This document shows positions 16,746-24,000 of a stretch of 24,000 nt of DNA, in pieces. The translations under genes and the position numbers were made by a program. Location of the stretch: contig JAKMEQ010000014.1 of NCBI GenBank assembly GCA_022425805.1, forward strand, positions 17,786-41,785, read 5' to 3'. Origin of the DNA: Acidimicrobiales bacterium (GTDB lineage: Bacteria > Actinomycetota > Acidimicrobiia > Acidimicrobiales > UBA8592). Below the pieces are notes generated by a model, which was not told the origin of the DNA, did not search any database, and worked only from the letters and a program-made list of their open reading frames with translations. The stretch's first letter is position 1. Each line of letters starts with the position of its first letter.

Positions 16746-19382
16746 TTATTCTTCTAAAGCGAGCTGTTCAGCTTGATACTGCCAGCTGTAACGGTTGAAA
16801 CAGCCTGGCAAGTCAAATTCTTCTTCTATGGCAGCAACTTCAGAATCAGTCAGGCCAGAAACTTGAGAATATGTTTTGATACCTCGTTGATTTAGTCGAA
16901 CGGCAGTATACGGATCTAGACCCATGATCAAAGCAAGATTGTCTGAGGTTTCAGGAGTGTCAGGCTCTTCTTGTTCATTGCGAAGTTCCTCTACCACAAC
17001 TGTAGAGGCATCCGAAGATGAGTTATCCATTTGGGTTTGAGGATCCCCTGTCGACTGGGGAACGACCCTTTGTACAGCACCAACTGGAAGAGGGTCCTTT
17101 ACAGAGAGAGGTTTAAAAATTTTGTCGGCTGGGACTGGTAGAGGTATCTCAACGGTTGGATTTTCAATTAGAACCTGGAGTGACTCTTCAACTTTCACAT
17201 CCCCAGCTTCTAACGCTTCAAGGAGGTGAATAGCTAGATCCGCTACCTTAACTTCATCATCTTCTTTCCCTGCGGCCTTTACTCCATCATCCATCATGAT
17301 GTAGCAGAAAGGACAGGCTGTAGCGATACGGCTAGCGCCAGTTTCAACAAGCTCAAGCGCTCGTACATCGTTCACTTTCGGACCGATGTCCTCCTCCATC
17401 CACATCCTGCCGCCCCCAGCCCCACAACACATTCCTTTCGTACCATTTCGGGGTGCTTCCACAATTTCAACACCCGACAAGCTTCCAATGACCTTTCTCG
17501 GGGAAAGGTAAATATCATTATGGCGACCCAAATAACAACTGTCGTGATAAACAACGCGCTCCTCTAACGTCGCGTTTGACATATCCAACTGGCCACTTTC
17601 AATCAACTGTTCAAGAAGTTGCGTATGATGAATTACTTCATAGTGGCCTCCAAGCTGTGGATATTCGTTTTTTAAGGTATTAAAACAATGCGGGCATTGG
17701 GTAATGATCTTTTTTACACCCATCCCATTAAGTGTTTCTATGTTCTGCATGGCAAGCATCTGGAAGATGTATTCATTCCCTGACCGTCGAGCAGGATCTC
17801 CAGTGCAGTTCTCGGCGGGCCCGAGGACGCTAACGTCAATTCCGGCACGATTTAGAAGCTTCGCCATTGCTTGGCTTACTTTCTTGTTTTTATCGTCAAA
17901 GCTTCCTGCACACCCGACCCAATATAACCATTCTGACTCAAACGGGTCGCCTCCAGCTATGACATCAATACCTTCGATATCTCCAATCCAATCACCTCGT
18001 TCCGTTTGGGAGATCGCCCATGGATTTCCAGAGTTCTCCATAGCTCGGTAAGCGTTCCCGAGCTCGGTGGGGAAGTCAGATTCCATAAGTGATTTGTATC
18101 TTCTCATGTCGAGGATTTTGTCAAGTATCTCTATACCCACTGGACAGTTTTCATCACATGCCTTGCAGGTCGTACAAGCCCATAACTCATCATTGGTTAC
18201 TCGATCAAACATCCAGTTAGCTGGAACCGTAATCTCGCTATCTACGCCGATCGGTGGGGTAGTCACTGGATCACCTGTGGCAGCCATTACTTCACCGGTC
18301 TTCAATACAATTTCACGTGGGTCTAGCGGTTTCCCAGTGGCGTGAGCGGGACACACAGCTGTACACCTTCCACACATGGTGCACGCATCCGTATCTAAAA
18401 GTTGTTTCCACGTAAAATCTTCGATCGTTGAAGCTCCAAAGGTTTCCAATTCTGTCTCTAATAAATTAGGGAGGGGTTTCATGGCCCCTTTTGGCCGCTC
18501 CTGGTCTTTGAGATACATGTTGAGCGGAGACGTAAACATATGGCGGAGCATTGTGATCGGCAAAAATACTAGGAATCCTATGAAGAAGATCACATGCGCA
18601 TACCACCATCCCTGATGCCACCCATGGAGATGACCAAGGCCATCGAAAAGTTTAGCGAGCGGGTATCCAACAATCGACCATTTTTCGTAATCGGGCTCAT
18701 TCTCTAAGGCGACCCGAAATCCCTCTGCTATGAATCCTGTAACTCCCAGTCCGAACAGAAGTCCTAAACCAATAGCATGGTCTCCTTTAGATTTAATCCG
18801 GATTCTGTATGGCCGGAGCTGCCGTGGTCCATATCGGCGAAGGAGAGCCCAGCCAACTCCGATCAAAAACAAAGCGCCAGCGACGTCACCGACTAGAGAA
18901 TATCCCTTATAGACACCACCATGAAGGAATTTGAGATCTTCCGGTAATTGATGGTCTATCTCCAAAGTAGTGGTAACACCGAGGAGGATAATGAATGGGA
19001 AGTACATCAACGAATGCATCAAGCCTGCTGCTGGATCCCGCATCAGAGTTTTCATATAAAGGCCAGCGCGAAGATCCTTAGCTCTGCGGTGTACATTCTT
19101 TTTTGTAGTCGACCTATTATCTGGTTGACCCCGTGTCCAGTTCTTGACTCGAAGAGAAAAATTCCATGCCCCATAGATAAGCAAGGCAGGAATAATTGAA
19201 TAGAAAGCAACTTTTGCAGCTGTTGGAATATTTCCAAATACCTCACGATGAATAGGGTTATCACCGCGCTGGTCAAAGATAGCAGAGGAGACCCCTGACA
19301 AAGCTGTGAAAATAGCCACAGCTATCCCAAGCCCAAGAACCCAGTCTTGCGGTCGTAACCTTCGTCTACTTCCCTCTTCCAT
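16746..19382 (-). CDS. Membrane-bound Fe-S oxidoreductase. An N-terminal NarI/HdrE-like multi-pass domain is fused to an HdrD-like domain (2x[4Fe-4S] plus two CCG domains), followed by a low-complexity linker and a C-terminal tail domain.
   Basis: 878 aa. TM helices with conserved His span the first ~290 aa. Ferredoxin motifs are CTMCGRCTAVCP and CTTCKACDENCP. CCG-type cysteine clusters are WVGCAGSFD, CPHCFNTL, YHDSCYLGRHN, GMCCGAGGG and TACPFCYIMMDD. Confidence 0.9.
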   Translation of the reverse strand: MEEGSRRRLRPQDWVLGLGIAVAIFTALSGVSSAIFDQRGDNPIHREVFGNIPTAAKVAFYSIIPALLIYGAWNFSLRVKNWTRGQPDNRSTTKKNVHRRAKDLRAGLYMKTLMRDPAAGLMHSLMYFPFIILLGVTTTLEIDHQLPEDLKFLHGGVYKGYSLVGDVAGALFLIGVGWALLRRYGPRQLRPYRIRIKSKGDHAIGLGLLFGLGVTGFIAEGFRVALENEPDYEKWSIVGYPLAKLFDGLGHLHGWHQGWWYAHVIFFIGFLVFLPITMLRHMFTSPLNMYLKDQERPKGAMKPLPNLLETELETFGASTIEDFTWKQLLDTDACTMCGRCTAVCPAHATGKPLDPREIVLKTGEVMAATGDPVTTPPIGVDSEITVPANWMFDRVTNDELWACTTCKACDENCPVGIEILDKILDMRRYKSLMESDFPTELGNAYRAMENSGNPWAISQTERGDWIGDIEGIDVIAGGDPFESEWLYWVGCAGSFDDKNKKVSQAMAKLLNRAGIDVSVLGPAENCTGDPARRSGNEYIFQMLAMQNIETLNGMGVKKIITQCPHCFNTLKNEYPQLGGHYEVIHHTQLLEQLIESGQLDMSNATLEERVVYHDSCYLGRHNDIYLSPRKVIGSLSGVEIVEAPRNGTKGMCCGAGGGRMWMEEDIGPKVNDVRALELVETGASRIATACPFCYIMMDDGVKAAGKEDDEVKVADLAIHLLEALEAGDVKVEESLQVLIENPTVEIPLPVPADKIFKPLSVKDPLPVGAVQRVVPQSTGDPQTQMDNSSSDASTVVVEELRNEQEEPDTPETSDNLALIMGLDPYTAVRLNQRGIKTYSQVSGLTDSEVAAIEEEFDLPGCFNRYSWQYQAEQLALEE

Positions 19383-19532
19383 GCATCTTCAAAGCTAGCC
19401 CGTAGGCGTGCCAAGAGCAGACTTCTTAGGTGTGAAATTTTTCTGGCATGACAAAAGTCACACTAAACAGAACCAGAAGATGGTCTAAGTAGTTTGTTCT
19501 AACAGGGTTTATGGACAGAAGGCCGATAAATA

Positions 19533-19557
19533 AAGTTGAGTCACTTCAACTCAACTT
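19533..19557. promoter_or_regulatory. HAIR-type (HspR-associated inverted repeat) operator upstream of dnaK
   Basis: AAGTTGAGT-N7-ACTCAACTT is a perfect 9-bp inverted repeat. Its core TTGAGT-N7-ACTCAA equals the published HAIR consensus core (CTTGAGT-N7-ACTCAAG). It lies 112 nt upstream of the dnaK ATG, and hspR is encoded in the same operon. Confidence 0.8.
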
Positions 19558-19668
19558 TTTCTTTTTTGTGGAATAAATTTCGCTTCTCCATGGTTATAAG
19601 AGATGCAGGAAAGACTGCAGAAGCAAATATCACATAACGTTAGAAACGTTGAACAGGAGAGTAAAAAT

Positions 19669-21486
19669 ATGGCGAAGGCCGTCGGAATTGACCTAGGAAC
19701 AACGAACTCAGTTGTTGCTGTCCTCGAAGGAGGAGAACCAGTCGTAATCGCAAACACTGAAGGAAGTCGAACCACACCTTCCGTTGTCGCATTTGCAAAG
19801 GATGGCGAGGTTCTCGTCGGCGAGGTAGCAAAACGACAATCGATCACGAATCCTGACCGAACAATCCGCTCCGTTAAACGGGATATGGGGACTGGCTGGA
19901 ACATAGATATTGATGATAAGTCCTATAACGCCCAAGAAATTTCTGCCCGGACGCTTATGAAACTAAAACGTGACGCTGAATCTTATCTCGGTGACACGGT
20001 TACGGAAGCCGTCATCACCGTCCCAGCATATTTTGATGATGCACAACGGACAGCAACTCAAGAAGCTGGAAAAGTTGCCGGCCTTGAAGTTCTTCGTATC
20101 ATCAATGAACCTACAGCTGCTGCCTTAGCGTATGGTCTCGATAAGGGCGGCGAAGACCAAACTATTCTGGTCTTTGACCTCGGCGGTGGGACATTCGACG
20201 TATCTGTTTTAGAAATCGGTGATGGTGTTTTCGAAGTGAAATCCACAAGTGGAGATACCGAACTTGGCGGAGACGACTGGGATGAGCGTGTTATCCAATG
20301 GCTAGTTGATTCGTTCAATAACGACCATGGAGTCGACCTCTCTAAAGACAATATGGCAGAACAACGACTCAAAGAAGCTGCGGAGAAAGCTAAAATCGAA
20401 CTCTCTGCGAGCCAAAGCACACAGATTAATCTCCCCTTTGTCACCGCTACTGATGCTGGTCCGTTGCACATGGATTACTCGTTTTCGAGGGCAAAATTCC
20501 AAGAGCTAACAGCTGATTTACTTGAACGATGCCAGAAACCATTCGAACAGGCGATTAAAGACGCGAACCTATCAAAAAGTGATATTGATCATATAATCAT
20601 GGTTGGTGGTTCAACACGTATGCCGGCTGTATCTGAACTTGTTGAAAGCCTCACTGGGAAAGAACCAAATAAGAGCGTTAACCCTGACGAGGTTGTTGCC
20701 GTAGGTGCAGCTGTCCAAGCGGGGGTTCTTCGAGGTGAAGTTAAAGACATCCTTCTCCTTGACGTGACTCCACTATCCCTGGGTATCGAAACCAAAGGCG
20801 GTGTTATGACCAAATTAATTGAACGAAATACAACAATTCCTACGAGACGTTCAGAGGTATTTACAACAGCCGATGACAACCAAGCTTCAGTTGAAATCCA
20901 CGTGCTACAGGGCGAACGCGAAATGTCACAATTCAATAAAACCCTCGGGAAGTTTCAACTCGTAGACCTTCCCCCAGCCCCTCGTGGAATTCCACAAATT
21001 GAAGTGACTTTTGATATTGACGCCAACGGAATTGTTCACGTTTCAGCAAAAGATCGTGCTACCGAGAAAGAACAGTCAATAACCATCACAGGACAGTCTT
21101 CACTTGAGAAAGACAAGATTGAACAAATGGTCGCTGATGCAGAAGCGCACGCAAATGAAGACCGTGAGCGTCGAGAAGAAGCAGAAACTCGGAACTCAGC
21201 GGACACGTTGATTTACCAAACAGAAAAAATGGTCGGCGAAAATAGTGAGAAGCTTAGCGATGAAGAAAAAACTGATGTCGAAAGCAAGGTTTCTGACCTT
21301 AAAGAAGCTTTAGAAGGTGACGAAATAAGCACCGAGACCATTAAAGAAGCGATGGAAACCCTTAATACGGCAAGCCAAAGTTTCGCGCAGAGGCTCTATG
21401 AAACTGCCGCTGAGCAGGAAAGCAACAACGATTCAAACGAGGCTGAAGATATTATCGATGCGGAAATTATCGATGAGGAAGAGTGA
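19669..21486 (+). CDS. dnaK: Molecular chaperone DnaK (Hsp70)
   Basis: [14 protein letters not shown] follows the RBS AGGAGAG-N7, with full-length Hsp70 motifs. The track's earlier start (19603) adds 22 non-conserved residues. Confidence 0.97.
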   Translation: MAKAVGIDLGTTNSVVAVLEGGEPVVIANTEGSRTTPSVVAFAKDGEVLVGEVAKRQSITNPDRTIRSVKRDMGTGWNIDIDDKSYNAQEISARTLMKLKRDAESYLGDTVTEAVITVPAYFDDAQRTATQEAGKVAGLEVLRIINEPTAAALAYGLDKGGEDQTILVFDLGGGTFDVSVLEIGDGVFEVKSTSGDTELGGDDWDERVIQWLVDSFNNDHGVDLSKDNMAEQRLKEAAEKAKIELSASQSTQINLPFVTATDAGPLHMDYSFSRAKFQELTADLLERCQKPFEQAIKDANLSKSDIDHIIMVGGSTRMPAVSELVESLTGKEPNKSVNPDEVVAVGAAVQAGVLRGEVKDILLLDVTPLSLGIETKGGVMTKLIERNTTIPTRRSEVFTTADDNQASVEIHVLQGEREMSQFNKTLGKFQLVDLPPAPRGIPQIEVTFDIDANGIVHVSAKDRATEKEQSITITGQSSLEKDKIEQMVADAEAHANEDRERREEAETRNSADTLIYQTEKMVGENSEKLSDEEKTDVESKVSDLKEALEGDEISTETIKEAMETLNTASQSFAQRLYETAAEQESNNDSNEAEDIIDAEIIDEEE

Positions 21487-22007
21487 ACGTGGACAGAGAA
21501 GAGGACGAAACCTTAGAAGAAGAGTCACACCTAGAAACAGAACTCTTAGATAATGAAGTGGCCTCTGATCTAGACGTCCAAGCTCTTACTGAAGAAGAAC
21601 AGCTAAGAATGGAGAGAGACAGTTACTTATCAGATTTACAGCGCGTACAAGCAGAATTCGTTAATTTCCGCCGTCAAGCAGAAAAAAGACAGAAAGACAC
21701 GGCGGAACAAGCAGCAAGTGGTCTTGTAAATACGCTACTTCCAGTTTTAGATGCCTGTGAAGCAGCGATACAGCACGGAGCGAATGATGTTTCTCCGATC
21801 CACTCATCCCTCTTGGAAACCTTGAAGGCTGAAGGTTTAGAAATAGTAGGTAGCAGCGGCGAGGTTTTTGATCCTGGTCGGCATGAAGCGGTTATCCATG
21901 AACCATCGGAAGATACCGAGGTAGCCCTCGTTGAAGAAGTGATGCGGTCCGGATATGTCTGGAAGGGACGGACGATTCGACCAGCTATGGTCCGTGTAAA
22001 GGGATGA
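21483..22007 (+). CDS. grpE: Nucleotide exchange factor GrpE (start at GTG 21483 or GTG 21489)
   Basis: Acidic N-terminus, then the [10 protein letters not shown] coiled-coil motif and a C-terminal beta domain (FDPGRHEAV...[16 protein letters not shown]). GAGGA at 21475..21479 is better spaced for the GTG at 21489. Confidence 0.9.
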   Translation: MNVDREEDETLEEESHLETELLDNEVASDLDVQALTEEEQLRMERDSYLSDLQRVQAEFVNFRRQAEKRQKDTAEQAASGLVNTLLPVLDACEAAIQHGANDVSPIHSSLLETLKAEGLEIVGSSGEVFDPGRHEAVIHEPSEDTEVALVEEVMRSGYVWKGRTIRPAMVRVKG

Positions 22008-22028
22008 CATGTTGTTATAACAACATGT
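22007..22028. repeat. Perfect 22-bp palindrome ACATGTTGTTATAACAACATGT, starting on the last base of the grpE stop codon
   Basis: I checked that it is self-complementary base by base. As RNA it forms a 9-bp stem with a UAUA loop and has no U-tract after it. Confidence 0.85.
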
Positions 22029-22073
22029 GGTGAATCCAGTAATCTGGTATTGGTTTGACGTGGGGGTAGCGTT

Positions 22074-22982
22074 ATGGACGTAAAGCGGGAGTGGCTTGAG
22101 AAAGACTACTATGAGGCTCTTGGCGTTTCTACAGATGTGTCAGATAAGGAAATTCAGACAAGTTATAGAAAGCTCGCCCGAGAGTTACACCCTGATAAGA
22201 ATCCAGGCGACCAAAATGCAGAAAACAGATTTAAGGATGTTTCTACTGCCTATGATGTCATCGGAAACCCAGAATCTCGAAGTCAATATGATGAGGTTCG
22301 GCGTATGGGCCCGAGCGCAATGGGAGGATTCTCCACACAAGGGGCCGACTTTGGTAATTTGAATGACCTTCTTAGCGGCATGTTTGGTGGTGGGGGTAAC
22401 CCTTTTGAAGCACCAGGTCCGAATATGGCGAGACCTGGAACTCATCACCAAGCACAACTTCGTTTAAGTTTTGATGAAGCTGTCACCGGTGTTACTACGT
22501 CCGTCTCAATAGGTGGATCAGATGATGGGTCTCGTTCGGTAAAGATCCGGATTCCCTCGGGAGTTGATGATGGGAAGCGAATACGAGTAAGAGGGAAGGG
22601 GGGGACTGGTCTCAATGGAGGGCCCGCCGGTGACCTGATAGTGATTATTCGAGTCTCGTCACATAAGTTGTATGGCAGAGATGGAAATAATTTGACATTA
22701 ACCCTGCCAATTACTTATCCAGAGGCAGTCATTGGTGCAGATATTCATGTGCCTACTTATGAAGGTGATGTTGTAACTCTGCGTCTACCTCCGGGTACTG
22801 AATCGGGACGGACTTTTCGCGTGAAAGGCAGAGGAATAAACACAGGCGATGTATCTGGAGATCTTCTCGTGACTGTTGAAGTGCATGTCCCAAAAAATTT
22901 AAATCCCGATCAAATCGAAACCTTGCAAATCTACGCCCAGGCTAATGAAGAGAACCCTCGTAATAATTTGGGACAGCTATGA
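22074..22982 (+). CDS. dnaJ: J-domain co-chaperone, DnaJ/CbpA-like, lacking the zinc-finger domain
   Basis: J domain (DYYEALGV...LARELHPDKNP), G/F-rich region, then the two C-terminal beta domains (IRIPSGVDDGKRIRVRGKG, GDLIVIIRV, LRLPPGTESGRTFRVKGRG). There are no CxxCxGxG repeats, and the protein has no Cys at all. Confidence 0.9.
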   Translation: MDVKREWLEKDYYEALGVSTDVSDKEIQTSYRKLARELHPDKNPGDQNAENRFKDVSTAYDVIGNPESRSQYDEVRRMGPSAMGGFSTQGADFGNLNDLLSGMFGGGGNPFEAPGPNMARPGTHHQAQLRLSFDEAVTGVTTSVSIGGSDDGSRSVKIRIPSGVDDGKRIRVRGKGGTGLNGGPAGDLIVIIRVSSHKLYGRDGNNLTLTLPITYPEAVIGADIHVPTYEGDVVTLRLPPGTESGRTFRVKGRGINTGDVSGDLLVTVEVHVPKNLNPDQIETLQIYAQANEENPRNNLGQL

Positions 22983-23281
22983 CTCTGAAACAATCTAACC
23001 AGAAACCGACTACTTACATGATTTCGGTTGTTGCGGCGATTAGTGGACTTCATCCGCAGACTTTAAGAATCTATGAGCGGCGGGGACTCATTAACCCAAC
23101 TAGGACAAGTGGTGGTAACAGAAGGTACAGCCAAGTAGATATCGAGGTGCTTCGTCGGATTCAAGAACTCAGGCAATCAGGACTAAATCTTTCAGGTATC
23201 AAAAAAGTTATTCAACTCGAATTAGAAGTAAAAAAGCTGAAGGATAAGCTTGCACTAGTAAAGCTACAAATGCGTCATTGA
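22979..23281 (+). CDS. hspR: MerR-family heat-shock repressor HspR
   Basis: ISVVAAISGLHPQTLRIYERRGLINPTRTSGGNRRYSQVDIEVLRRIQEL closely parallels M. tuberculosis HspR. There is an ATGA overlap with the dnaJ stop. Confidence 0.9.
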   Translation: MTLKQSNQKPTTYMISVVAAISGLHPQTLRIYERRGLINPTRTSGGNRRYSQVDIEVLRRIQELRQSGLNLSGIKKVIQLELEVKKLKDKLALVKLQMRH

Positions 23282-23327
23282 CACTTACCTTGATACCTCT
23301 TCGCCAAGAAGTTACCAATTACCGCTA

Positions 23328-23343
23328 CCATGGCTAGCCATGG
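23328..23343. repeat. Perfect 16-bp palindrome CCATGGCTAGCCATGG overlapping the ABC ATPase start codon
   Basis: Verified self-complementary. The ATG at 23340 lies inside its right arm. Confidence 0.8.
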
Positions 23344-24000
23344 GGCAGGGGTTGCTGGAAGTAGAGGGAGTCACAATCCAATTTGGTGGCGTCACTGCGC
23401 TGGACAACCTCAGCTTCCAGGTTGCCAACCAACAGATCTGCGGATTAATCGGTCCAAATGGAGCTGGGAAAACAACTCTATTTAACGTTATGAGCAGGAT
23501 CTATGATCCGATAGAGGGTGCGATAACTTTTGATGGACATAATATTCTTAACCGAGCCCCTCATCAAATACCACAGATAGGGATCTCCCGAACTTTCCAA
23601 AATCTGGCGTTATGGCCGAAGATGACTGTCATTGAAAATGTGATGGCTGGTGCACATACGCGTGGTCGTCAAAACTTCTTCTCCGCAATGGGACGTTTCG
23701 GACTCAAAGAAGAAGAGAGAACTCTTAAAAAAGCAGCTTATGAAATCCTTGAGTTGCTTGAGTTAACGAAATTCGCGGAACAACCGTGTGACGGTCTTCC
23801 ATTTGGCACTATGAAGAGAATTGAACTCGCACGGGCCTTAGTTAGTAAACCGAAACTTCTTCTTCTAGATGAGCCGGCAACGGGATTGACACATTCTGAA
23901 GTGAATGACCTGTCGAAGCTAATAATCACCATCAGGGATTATTTGAACTTAACAGTTTTGCTGGTTGAACATCATATGGGGATGGTCATGGAGATTTCAG
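23340..24000 (+). CDS. Branched-chain amino-acid-type ABC transporter ATP-binding protein (LivG-like); 5' part only, continues past the window end
   Basis: My own translation gives MGQGLLEVEGVTIQFGGVTALDNLSFQV...GLIGPNGAGKTTLFNV...GISRTFQNLALWPKMTVIENV...LPFGTMKRIELARAL...LLLLDEPATGL. It is not in the ORF track because there is no stop within the window. Confidence 0.88.
   Translation, partial: MGQGLLEVEGVTIQFGGVTALDNLSFQVANQQICGLIGPNGAGKTTLFNVMSRIYDPIEGAITFDGHNILNRAPHQIPQIGISRTFQNLALWPKMTVIENVMAGAHTRGRQNFFSAMGRFGLKEEERTLKKAAYEILELLELTKFAEQPCDGLPFGTMKRIELARALVSKPKLLLLDEPATGLTHSEVNDLSKLIITIRDYLNLTVLLVEHHMGMVMEIS

Noticed and set aside
19603-19668. Extended DnaK N-terminus ([22 protein letters not shown]) from the track ORF
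   Set aside because: The conserved Hsp70 N-terminus [14 protein letters not shown] starts at 19669 with a well-placed AGGAGAG RBS, so the extension is 5' UTR.
23753-23775. CTTGAGTTGCTTGAGTT inside the LivG-like gene, resembling HAIR half-sites
   Set aside because: It is a direct repeat, not an inverted one, and it is intragenic. It is explained by the repeated Leu-Glu-Leu codons (ILELLELT).
1-24000. Search for CRISPR arrays, IS elements or transposases, toxin-antitoxin pairs and defence genes
   Set aside because: I saw no spaced direct-repeat arrays, no transposase, integrase or nuclease-like ORFs, and no small paired ORFs of TA type. All sizeable ORFs are accounted for by metabolic or housekeeping families.

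Overview
This is a gene-dense bacterial chromosomal segment of moderate GC (judged by eye), with many 4-nt overlaps or gaps of only a few nt between genes. Three things suggest a streamlined actinobacterium (inference): a dnaK-grpE-dnaJ-hspR operon preceded by an HspR-type inverted repeat, a large membrane Fe-S reductase of the mycobacterial Rv0338c type next to it, and a Dcd very similar to the M. tuberculosis enzyme.

Gene content, in order:
- The 5' part of selD on the minus strand. It has an in-frame TGA exactly at the catalytic Cys/Sec position. The ORF track missed it and lists antisense ORFs instead.
- A lipoprotein with a C-terminal cyclophilin domain.
- An acyl-CoA dehydrogenase.
- A stand-alone form-II CoxL-like molybdopterin subunit.
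- An MFS transporter.
- A tight 5-gene minus-strand operon: Rieske oxygenase alpha subunit, a 76-aa unknown, two hot-dog hydratase halves, and a SnoaL-like protein.
- tRNA-Gly(CCC).
- Two acyl-CoA synthetases.
- An orphan small secreted protein, flanked by the only long spacers in the window.
- tdk, dcd and a TVP38/DedA-like membrane protein.
- An HdrE/HdrD-like fusion protein with an unusual C-terminal tail.
- The heat-shock operon.
- The start of a LivG-like ABC ATPase.

I saw no CRISPR array, transposase, integrase, or recognisable defence or toxin module. I regard the window as mostly core and catabolic DNA, not an obvious novel system.

The points most worth a second look:
- The recoded selD and its candidate SECIS hairpin.
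- The uncharacterised Rieske/hot-dog/SnoaL operon.
- The C-terminal tail of the Fe-S reductase.
- The cysteine-free (zinc-finger-less) DnaJ and the short HspR.
- Two perfect palindromes in and after the dnaK operon.
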